Shown one piece after another: positions 16,841 through 24,763 of a DNA stretch of 64,000 nt. The translations under genes and the position numbers were made by a program. Each line of letters opens with the position of its first letter. Positions within the stretch are counted from its first letter, which is position 1. Below the pieces are notes generated by a model. The model made no database searches. It saw only the letters and a program-made list of their open reading frames with translations, and was not told where the DNA came from. Source of the stretch: Clostridia bacterium (GTDB taxonomy: Bacteria > Bacillota > Clostridia > Christensenellales > UBA1242); NCBI GenBank assembly GCA_016283155.1, contig JAEEMI010000016.1, forward strand, positions 44,726 through 108,725. The letters run 5' to 3'.

Positions 16841-17371
16841 TCAATCTTTCCAATTTTGATTAATCAAAGGAATCAACGCCATAGTAAACGCATCCGCTGT
16901 TAAATCAATACGAGTAATCACTTCACGGGTTAACAGACCAATTCCACCCGTTGAACTACGTAAATCATTTTCGTCGAAAATACGATCCATTACCGTGCCA
17001 AGAGTTTCTTTCTTAATTGCCTTAACATATTTTTGTGGTACCGGAAAGCCGGCACTAGTCCCCTGACCAATTTCACCCTTAACATTTTTGATAACCGCAA
17101 CATTAACAATTTCCCAAAAGCCCAATTCATTTACCATACCTGATTCAATTGCCATAAAGTAATCTGCCATTAAATGTTTTTCGCGCGCATATTTGATTAA
17201 ATTATCGACGCGATTTAATGCCCCACGATAAGTTTCTATTCCCACAGGTTGTTCCGCTACGTTGGATTCAATTTTTATACCTTGAATTTCAACCTCGCTG
17301 AAATACCGCTCCAAAGCGATTTGCGCCCCCTTAATTTTTCCTGGATTTTTTGTGCCAATTAACACTTTCAT
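16841..17371 (-). CDS. inosine/xanthosine triphosphatase (YjjX / DUF84 non-canonical purine NTPase)
   Basis: MKVLIGTKNPGKIKGAQIALERYF start preceded by AAGGAGAAAG SD. 176 aa matches family size. The track ORF's extra 29 N-terminal residues have no SD. Confidence 0.75.
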   Translation of the reverse strand: MKVLIGTKNPGKIKGAQIALERYFSEVEIQGIKIESNVAEQPVGIETYRGALNRVDNLIKYAREKHLMADYFMAIESGMVNELGFWEIVNVAVIKNVKGEIGQGTSAGFPVPQKYVKAIKKETLGTVMDRIFDENDLRSSTGGIGLLTREVITRIDLTADAFTMALIPLINQNWKD

Positions 17372-17573
17372 TTTTCTTTCTCCTTTTTTATTTTTTTTTG
17401 CTGTCATAAAAAAAATCTTACGAATAAACAAAAAACAGCATTGTTGTTTTATGTCCATTCATAAGAATTTTCGAAAGAAATTCCCGTTTTCAACGTAATC
17501 CGGAATGGTTATAAGGGATTACATAACTATGTTACACGTTTGCTTTAAAAAAGTAAATATCTTTTCAGATGTA

Positions 17574-18323
17574 TTAAAAACGACTTTTCTCATAAATATC
17601 CAAATTCATTAATCTTGTTATTAATTTTTCATAAGGAGTTGTATAATCCGGATTAAAATATTTGTTTCTATTGAAATGACGTAACTTTCGTAATGCTTCA
17701 TCTTGAAGACGTCTAACATATTCTCCTGACACCCCCATTATAGAGCCAACCTCATCCAATGTACGCTCAAGACCATCGTCAATTCCATAACGTAAACGTA
17801 AAACCTTTGCCTCACGTTCCGGTAACATCGCTATTTGCTTCTTTAACTCGTCATTTAAAACTTCGTCTTCTACAATCGCAATTGGGTCATTTTTGTGATT
17901 TAATAATGCATTATTAATCTTAAGTCCACACTCATCAAATGAGTAAGCTAAATTGGTTAATTTATTAATACTGATAGTATCTTTTTCTTGTTTATATTTT
18001 TTAACCGAACTGTGATTAATACACAAATCAATAGCTTCATCAATATCTGATGTCAATTTATAAGCACGTTTCAGACTATGATCGTTAATTCCATATATTT
18101 TTGCAATTTGCTCAATTGGCATTCTTTTACCAAAAAAATCAATGAACGCATATTCATATGGTCCTCTTCGCACTGCTTTTGCCTCTACAACAGCCTTATC
18201 AATATCTCCATCAGTTAAAGTATATTTGTTTCTTAACGTAATATAATTTATTTCATTTTTTCTAGCAATATCACTCATAAATAATTTTTCGCCTTGATAA
18301 TTAATTTTTTTTGAATTGTCCAT
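17574..18323 (-). CDS. sigma-70 region-4 domain protein with additional N-terminal HTH-like units (not a complete sigma factor)
   Basis: 249-aa ORF. LPEREAKVLRLRYGIDDGLERTLDEVGSIMGVSGEYVRRLQDEALRKLRH is a textbook region 4.2. I see no region 2 (-10 recognition) motifs. Confidence 0.6.
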   Translation of the reverse strand: MDNSKKINYQGEKLFMSDIARKNEINYITLRNKYTLTDGDIDKAVVEAKAVRRGPYEYAFIDFFGKRMPIEQIAKIYGINDHSLKRAYKLTSDIDEAIDLCINHSSVKKYKQEKDTISINKLTNLAYSFDECGLKINNALLNHKNDPIAIVEDEVLNDELKKQIAMLPEREAKVLRLRYGIDDGLERTLDEVGSIMGVSGEYVRRLQDEALRKLRHFNRNKYFNPDYTTPYEKLITRLMNLDIYEKSRF

Positions 18324-18427
18324 TCCAACATTTCCTTTTTTTTGATAATTAATTATATAGCACAGTACAAAGTCAAAATCAATACGTTACATAGAAAAAA
18401 ATGACAATTTTTATTAATTAAAAGACT

Positions 18428-18466
18428 AAAAAAGAACACCCAGAAACTACTTCTTTCCAGGTGTTC
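18428..18466 (-). terminator. rho-independent terminator of ssrA
   Basis: Minus-strand GAACACC...GGTGTTC hairpin followed by TTTTTT, 11 nt after the tmRNA CCA end. Confidence 0.7.
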
Positions 18467-18477
18467 AATTTAAGTTT

Positions 18478-18844
18478 TGGTGGAGACGCCGGGGATTGAA
18501 CCCGGGTCCGCTTGGTTTCTTGTTCGTACTTCTACATACATAGTCGTTATCAAAAATTGACCACCAACCTAACGACAAATTGTCGTAGTCAAGGCCGACT
18601 TTTGGTGCCACGTACCGTCACCGTCTTGCCGTGGTTACGTTACGTCGTTGACTCTTTGTTTGCAGACGGTCGTTAGAAAGAGTTAAAACGTGTCGTCCGC
18701 CTAAACTTTAACTACAATTAGGCAGCTAAAGCAAGGTTTGTTGCATTTTTGTTTGCATTTAATTTTTTGTAACCAATTAACGTATGGTTACCCCGCCGGT
18801 ATGCTTTACGAACCGTCCGCCAAACGTCGAAGCCAATCGCCCCC
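18478..18844 (-). ncRNA. ssrA: tmRNA (SsrA), about 367 nt
   Basis: 5' GGGGGCGATTGGCTTCGACG and 3' CCGGGTTCAATCCCCGGCGTCTCCACCA form a tRNA-Ala-like acceptor with a G3:U pair. Internal tag ORF GCA AAC AAA AAT GCA ACA AAC CTT GCT TTA GCT GCC TAA (18718-18756) encodes ANKNATNLALAA. Confidence 0.9.
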
Positions 18845-18871
18845 ACGAATTAGAACTTTCGGTTCTTTTTA

Positions 18872-18901
18872 ATTATATCACTTTAAGTGTTAATTTTGCA
18901 A
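18872..18901 (-). promoter_or_regulatory. ssrA promoter
   Basis: Minus-strand TTGCAA-18 nt-TGaTATAAT, about 27 nt upstream of the mature tmRNA 5' end. Confidence 0.6.
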
Positions 18902-18924
18902 CCATACGCCACATAATTATAACA

Positions 18925-20421
18925 ATGATTGATTTACATAATGACGCACTGTTAGCCTTACCACGCGACGAACTACTCACCTACTTACGCCAAGCCAAAA
19001 CCGCTGGTGTCGACGAAATTTGGTTGTCAGTTTGGACTACCGAGCTAGCCGACCCATTAACTGTTATCGCCGAAAAGAAATCTTTTTTAGACCGAATCAA
19101 AAACAATCCCGATTATCCACTTTGTCGTTTACACATTGAAGATGCTTGGTTTTTAACCGCTGAAAATCTTGATGAGTTCATTGCACTCCATCCGCACAGT
19201 GTCGGTCTAACTTGGAATATGGCCAATCAACTTGCTAGTGGTGCTTACAGTCGTGGTGGAATTACAACTTGGGGTTATCAGGTTATTCAACGGCTTGAAA
19301 AAGCGGGCATTCAAATTGACACTGCCCACCTTAACCGACGCAGTTTTTGGCAATTTACACGGGTTACTACACGTCCATTAGTCTGCACACATACAGCATT
19401 CGCAGCCGTTTATCGCCACCCACGTAATCTATCTAACCGACAAATTCGAGCTATTATTAAGTCTAACGGTCTAATCGGTTTAGCACTTGTACCTAAGTTT
19501 TTAACCAACACCACTACATCTTGCAGTGCCTATGATTTAATCAAACACATTCATTATTTTAAAAAACATTTTAGTAATGCAACTTTACATTGGGGCACGG
19601 ATTTTTACGGTACCAAATACCTACCACAACACATTCAAAACTACAACAACCTGATTCATTTATTAGATACCAATATTATTGGATATTCAGTCTTACATCA
19701 ACCAATTATAGCTTACCAAATCGGCAAACCGAATGCACCACATCGTTTATTGGTTACCGCTGGAATGCACGCACGCGAATGGATTGGGTCATTAGTTTTA
19801 CAAACGTGGTTACAACAACCCACTATTCCATCAAACGTTTGTCTTACAGCCGTTATTTGTTGTAATCCCGACGGTGTTTGTCTTGCCACTAATCAATTAA
19901 CTAAGTTATCAAACCGACAACGCAAATTTTTAATGCGCATCAACCATAATTCACCTGATTTCAAATTATGGAAAGCCAATATCAACGCTGTCGACTTGAA
20001 TGTTAATTTCGATGCCGGTTGGGGACTTGGCCATACCAATTTACGCACCCCCGCACCAGCCAACTATATCGGACCTGAACCACATAGCGAACCCGAAAAT
20101 CGCGCAATATTACGTTTAATCAAAAACTTTCAACCAACAGCTAGTATCGCTTTACATACCAAAGGTAATGTAATTTATTATAGTCGTCACACTGACAAAT
20201 TAGCCGCAGAAAAGTTAGCACAAAGCATAAATTTTCAAGCCAAATTATCTACTGGATCCTACGGCGGTTTAACCGATTATTTAGCTTTACGATGTAACAT
20301 TCCATCATTCACGATTGAACTTGGTAACAATCGGTTTAAACACCCCTTGAAACAAAAACACCTACCTATACTGATGCCAACCTTAAATCAAATATTTAAT
20401 TATTTTTTTACCGGCGAATAG
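18925..20421 (+). CDS. fusion protein: M19 membrane-dipeptidase-like domain plus M14 gamma-D-glutamyl-diamino-acid peptidase-like domain
   Basis: Start moved to MIDLHNDALL (18925) because 18784-18924 overlaps ssrA and its promoter. N-terminal half has DLHND, IDTAHL and PLVCTHTAF..HPRNLSNRQIRAI (M19). C-terminal half has LLVTAGMHAREWIG, AVDLNVNFDAGWG, IALHTKGNVIYY and FTIELG (M14 Zn and catalytic residues). Confidence 0.65.
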   Translation: MIDLHNDALLALPRDELLTYLRQAKTAGVDEIWLSVWTTELADPLTVIAEKKSFLDRIKNNPDYPLCRLHIEDAWFLTAENLDEFIALHPHSVGLTWNMANQLASGAYSRGGITTWGYQVIQRLEKAGIQIDTAHLNRRSFWQFTRVTTRPLVCTHTAFAAVYRHPRNLSNRQIRAIIKSNGLIGLALVPKFLTNTTTSCSAYDLIKHIHYFKKHFSNATLHWGTDFYGTKYLPQHIQNYNNLIHLLDTNIIGYSVLHQPIIAYQIGKPNAPHRLLVTAGMHAREWIGSLVLQTWLQQPTIPSNVCLTAVICCNPDGVCLATNQLTKLSNRQRKFLMRINHNSPDFKLWKANINAVDLNVNFDAGWGLGHTNLRTPAPANYIGPEPHSEPENRAILRLIKNFQPTASIALHTKGNVIYYSRHTDKLAAEKLAQSINFQAKLSTGSYGGLTDYLALRCNIPSFTIELGNNRFKHPLKQKHLPILMPTLNQIFNYFFTGE

Positions 20422-21443
20422 AACATTTCGCCTTCGTGACTTTGGAAATAAACACCAATAATATTCGGACGTTTACTGTTAATAATTGTATAGGCTGCCC
20501 GTTTACGTGCACCACCAATAATATTACCAGCCACCTTCATATTGGTTTCAATGAACACATTATAAGCACGAATCTGTCCCATATTATCCACAACTGTGAT
20601 ACCATCAAAATTTAACATTGTTAAAAATACATCGGACATTGTTGTCAATTTTTGTTCGTTGTATTGATTAGTTTGAGCAAATAACTTCGACAAGTTAATT
20701 GGCTCAGTTAACCAAATACCATCCTCAAAGAATGAATCTGGTTTATAATCTGAATCCACTACGACACAAATAGTTCCATCAACTAAACGCGAAACATTAC
20801 GGAAAATGTTACGGTACATATTTTTAATGTCTTGTAGTTTTTTTGCGCTAGTGCGTAATTTAGAAAAGCTGGCATCAACAAATTCTTTAATCTCATCTTC
20901 CCAGTTATTTACTACACGGATATCCAAGGCAAAATTAACATTAACCACACGACCTTTCAAACTACGCATCGTAATGGTCCAAGTGTTTTCCGCATAGACA
21001 TAAATACCAAATAATTTATTACTTTTTTCTTGTAGAGTTTGTGATTTAAACAAAATTGTTTCTAGATTTTCGTCTTTAATACTATTAATAATTCTGAAAA
21101 TACCATACTCAATTTTTTCATCAGAAATAGAAACATAAACACACCAATATAAATTACAGAACGGCACTAAACTTTTTAAACGTGATGCAAACATATTTTC
21201 ATTAGCATCATTAAACAATACAATTTTTGTAGCATTAGGAATGTTCTTTACTACCATATCAATGTTATTCGTAAAGAAAATTGCTGGTTTATATTTGTGT
21301 CCCTCTTCTTCATAATTTGCAATTTGAGGAAAGAAATTTAAAAAACGATTTTGTAATTTCAAAGGAAAAGTGCCCGAAAACTCTGTTGTCAAAAAATCAA
21401 CAATTTTGGTTTTAGCGTCAATATAAAAGATATTCTCGTTCAC
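20400..21443 (-). CDS. hypothetical protein with divergent DisA_N/DAC-like (diadenylate cyclase fold) C-terminal domain
   Basis: 347-aa ORF. Its GTG start overlaps the pheT stop (TAGTG). The C-terminal 130 aa line up with DAC blocks: GTICVVVD / GIWLTEPINLSKLF / NFDGITVVDNMGQIRAYN / GGARKRAAYTI / IIGVYFQSHEGEMFY. Confidence 0.45.
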   Translation of the reverse strand: MNENIFYIDAKTKIVDFLTTEFSGTFPLKLQNRFLNFFPQIANYEEEGHKYKPAIFFTNNIDMVVKNIPNATKIVLFNDANENMFASRLKSLVPFCNLYWCVYVSISDEKIEYGIFRIINSIKDENLETILFKSQTLQEKSNKLFGIYVYAENTWTITMRSLKGRVVNVNFALDIRVVNNWEDEIKEFVDASFSKLRTSAKKLQDIKNMYRNIFRNVSRLVDGTICVVVDSDYKPDSFFEDGIWLTEPINLSKLFAQTNQYNEQKLTTMSDVFLTMLNFDGITVVDNMGQIRAYNVFIETNMKVAGNIIGGARKRAAYTIINSKRPNIIGVYFQSHEGEMFYSPVKK

Positions 21444-23749
21444 TATCCTAGTTGTACATTATTTTGTGCCGCAAAGTCAAGAATTTCTTGATGAATTTTG
21501 TTAATTTCGGTTTTGTCAAGCGTTTTTTCCGTACTAGAAACTGTAAAAGTCAACGTAAACTTATTACCATACACTGCTTTTAAACAACGTTTAGTTACCA
21601 ATGGATTATGATACTGACTCCAAATTGTATCTAATGCTGCATAATTATTTTTCCAAACAAAGGTGAAATCTAATTCAGTTTTAGGAAACTTAGACAAAAT
21701 TGGTGCTCGTTCTTTACTTACATTTTGGAAATCAATTTGTGATAAATTAATTTCAAAACCAACAGCATTCGACATTACCTGAGGATGTATAATACCAATC
21801 ATACCAACCACAGTTTTACCACATAAGATTTGTGCGTGATTAGTTGGGTGCCAGAAGTTCAAATCTGACTGTTGTAATTGATAAGCAATTTTAATGCCCA
21901 AATGTGCAAATAAATCTGTTACCATTTCGCTGACTGTTTTATAGTCCATGCCTACCGCAACTCCAGCTAAATGTTCATTTTCAATTTCTTTTTCATTAAT
22001 TACACGACCAATCTCAAACACACGCACATCGGGTTGATGTTTATTGTTTTCTGCTACCGTTAACATACTTGGTAACATTAAACTACGAATTTGGTCATCA
22101 CCCTGATTAAACGGATTAGCAACCGTCGCATATGATGGTGCTTCCACCCCAAGACGCTTCAACACTTTAGTGTCGTACCAAATATTGGTATGAACCTCGC
22201 TAAAAGCATATTTCCAAGCCAATAAATCTTTCAAAGCATCATTTACTTGAGCATTAGGAGCAGCTGGTGCTGGGACAATTGCAACTTTTGGAGCGACAGG
22301 AGTTATATTCTGATAACCATAATTACGGACAATTTCCTCAATTACATCTGCCGGTGTGGTAATATCTTTCCAGCGACGCCAAGAAGGTACAGTCACTACA
22401 ATTTCATTGGCTGTAATCTGCGGAGCAAAACCTAAAGCAGTCAATTTACACTTAACCATTTCATCTTGATTACCAAAATCAACACCAGTATAACTATTCA
22501 GCATCTTTTTGGGTAATATAATTTTCAAAGGCGGTTGTTCGGCAATTTTGCTAGTAACACGCGTAAACGCAGACTGAATTTGCGCTTGTGGTGCATACTC
22601 TCGAATCAAGCGTAACAATTCTGATGCAGCCAGCCAATTCAATTCCGGATCTAATGATTTTTCATAACGCAAACTAGCATCACTGCGAATACCCACCGCT
22701 GTAGAAGTACGACGGATATTTGAAGCATTAAACGTGGCAATTTCAAAAACAACCTCAGTTGTGCTAGCGACAACTTCACTATTTTTACCGCCCATTACAC
22801 CCGCTAAAGCAATTGGTAAATCATTACTTTTGATAAATAACATATCTTTAGTTGCCGTAATTTCGTTATCTTTTAAAGTGATAAATTGCGTACCAGGTGT
22901 TACCATACCAACACTAATTTTGTCAACCTTATTGGCATCAAAAGCGTGTAATGGATTACCAAAAGCAAACATCAAATAATTAGTTAAATCTACTAAGAAA
23001 CCGTGACTATTATGCCCTAGTTTATATAAACGATTTTGAATTATATCTGGAGATGTTACACCGCCCAAATTACTAATCTTGATTGCTCCATAAGATAAAC
23101 AATGTTCATCTTCAATTTTAATTTTCAACTTAGGTAAATTATCATATGTGTGCACCAATGTAGCATCAATCGCTTTTAACGGACGATTAAAAATTACCGC
23201 TAATTCACGTGCCATTCCATAATGGCCCCATAAATCCGGACGATTAGTAACACTGATGTTATCAATATCAATAATGTCATCTTGCAAACCTTTTAAAACT
23301 TTAGTAATTGGCGTTCCAATTTTAGTTTTAGCAGATAACTCAATAATACCATCATTGTCATCTTTGTATCCCAGTTCGGCATAAGAACAGCACATACCAA
23401 AACTTTCGTAGCCACGAATTTTAGTTGGTGCAATTTTCATACCATCTGGCATTACTGTCCCCACTGTAGCAACCGCAACAATAATTCCAGCACGCGCATT
23501 TGGTGCACCACAAACAATATTTAACGGTTTTTCTTGACCAATATCAACCGTTAACAAATGCAAATGATCACTTTGCGGGTGAGTTTCACAAGTTAAAATT
23601 TTACCAACGACAACACTTTCCAATCCTTGACCAACTGAAATAACCTCTTCCACCTCACAAGTAATTTGAGTTAACTTTTCCGCGATTTGTTGGGTTGTAA
23701 TTCCTTTTAAATCAACATAATCTTTTAACCAATCAACTGATATTTTCAT
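21443..23749 (-). CDS. pheT: phenylalanine--tRNA ligase beta subunit
   Basis: 768-aa ORF. MKISVDWLKDYVDL start, tRNA-binding domain (GKILTCETHPQSDHLHLLTVDIG), B3/4, B5 and FDX-ACB-like C-terminus. Start overlaps the pheS stop (ATGA). Confidence 0.95.
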   Translation of the reverse strand: MKISVDWLKDYVDLKGITTQQIAEKLTQITCEVEEVISVGQGLESVVVGKILTCETHPQSDHLHLLTVDIGQEKPLNIVCGAPNARAGIIVAVATVGTVMPDGMKIAPTKIRGYESFGMCCSYAELGYKDDNDGIIELSAKTKIGTPITKVLKGLQDDIIDIDNISVTNRPDLWGHYGMARELAVIFNRPLKAIDATLVHTYDNLPKLKIKIEDEHCLSYGAIKISNLGGVTSPDIIQNRLYKLGHNSHGFLVDLTNYLMFAFGNPLHAFDANKVDKISVGMVTPGTQFITLKDNEITATKDMLFIKSNDLPIALAGVMGGKNSEVVASTTEVVFEIATFNASNIRRTSTAVGIRSDASLRYEKSLDPELNWLAASELLRLIREYAPQAQIQSAFTRVTSKIAEQPPLKIILPKKMLNSYTGVDFGNQDEMVKCKLTALGFAPQITANEIVVTVPSWRRWKDITTPADVIEEIVRNYGYQNITPVAPKVAIVPAPAAPNAQVNDALKDLLAWKYAFSEVHTNIWYDTKVLKRLGVEAPSYATVANPFNQGDDQIRSLMLPSMLTVAENNKHQPDVRVFEIGRVINEKEIENEHLAGVAVGMDYKTVSEMVTDLFAHLGIKIAYQLQQSDLNFWHPTNHAQILCGKTVVGMIGIIHPQVMSNAVGFEINLSQIDFQNVSKERAPILSKFPKTELDFTFVWKNNYAALDTIWSQYHNPLVTKRCLKAVYGNKFTLTFTVSSTEKTLDKTEINKIHQEILDFAAQNNVQLG

Positions 23750-24756
23750 CGTTTAATCCCTCGCAAAAATTCTAAATTTCCTGAATTTAATAAACGTACA
23801 TCATTAATCGCATACTGCATCATTGCCAATCGAGTTAAACCAAAACCAAAGGCAAAACCTTGATATTGTTTTGAATCAACACCGGCCATTTCTAATACGT
23901 TACTGTGAATCATTCCACAACCACCTAATTCAATCCACCCCGAGCCCTTGCAAACGTTACAACCTTTACCTGTTCCATTACAAAACGGACAACTTGCATC
24001 GTATTCAAAACCAGGTTCAACGAATGGAAAGAAACCAGGACGCAAACGAACATTAATTTCCTTACCATAAACTTCAGACAAAATTGTCTTTAATACATAA
24101 ATCAAATTTGCAATTGAAATATCTTTACCCACCATCATTCCTTCACATTGAAAGAATGCAAATTCGTGTCGAGCGTCAGTGGCCTCATTTCGATAACAAC
24201 GACCCGGGAAAATCGCCGAAACTACGGGTCCATATTTTTTCAATATTTCGTTCTGCATCGCCGAAGTTTGTGTTTTTAACAATTTACCATTTGTTAACCA
24301 GAACGTATCTTGCATATCACGAGCTGGATGGTCAGATGGGATATTTACCGCATCAAAATTTTCAAATTCAGAAACAACTTCATTACCATCAACAACCAAA
24401 AAACCCATTGAACGACAAATTTCAGTAATTCGTCGTGTAATCAAAGTAATTGGATGTAAACTTCCCTGCGTTTGATTAATTGCAGGGATTGTGATATCAA
24501 TCAGCGGATCTTGTTTTAATTTCTCATTGACTGCTTTTGCACGTAAAGCCGCTTGTTTTTGGAAAAATTTAATTTCAATCTTACGTTTTAATTCATTTAG
24601 ACGTTTACCTGCCTCTGCGCGCTGTTCCGCCAACATATCTTTTAAACCAGCCAGCATCATCGTTAATTTACCAGTTTTCGAAAGATAATTTTTGTGGAAT
24701 ACAGCCAGTTCAGGTTCAGTTTGAATCTGTTCCAACTCTTGTTCAATATCATCCAT
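23746..24756 (-). CDS. pheS: phenylalanine--tRNA ligase alpha subunit
   Basis: 336-aa ORF. HPARDMQDTFW, GRCYRNEATDARHEFAFFQCEG and GFAFGFGLTRLAM class-II motifs. Confidence 0.95.
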   Translation of the reverse strand: MDDIEQELEQIQTEPELAVFHKNYLSKTGKLTMMLAGLKDMLAEQRAEAGKRLNELKRKIEIKFFQKQAALRAKAVNEKLKQDPLIDITIPAINQTQGSLHPITLITRRITEICRSMGFLVVDGNEVVSEFENFDAVNIPSDHPARDMQDTFWLTNGKLLKTQTSAMQNEILKKYGPVVSAIFPGRCYRNEATDARHEFAFFQCEGMMVGKDISIANLIYVLKTILSEVYGKEINVRLRPGFFPFVEPGFEYDASCPFCNGTGKGCNVCKGSGWIELGGCGMIHSNVLEMAGVDSKQYQGFAFGFGLTRLAMMQYAINDVRLLNSGNLEFLRGIKR

Positions 24757-24763
24757 ATAGGTT

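Noticed and set aside
17372-17458. N-terminal 29 codons of the track ORF 16841-17458.
   Set aside because: There is no SD. The family-typical MKVLIGTKNPGK start at 17371 has an AAGGAGAAAG SD.
17372-17573. Possible purine-type riboswitch in the ~200-nt region upstream of the YjjX NTPase gene (hairpin GTAATCC...GGATTAC at 17495-17522 and further small hairpins).
   Set aside because: The sequence does not match the purine, preQ1 or ZTP cores I know, and there is no convincing terminator/antiterminator pair. It remains an unexplained leader only.
18784-18924. N-terminal 47 codons of the track ORF 18784-20421.
   Set aside because: They are antisense to the tmRNA 5' end and its promoter. The conserved dipeptidase sequence begins at the Met at 18925.
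24757-24763. T-box leader upstream of pheS.
   Set aside because: Only 7 nt separate the recD2 stop from the pheS start, so there is no space for a ~200-nt T-box.
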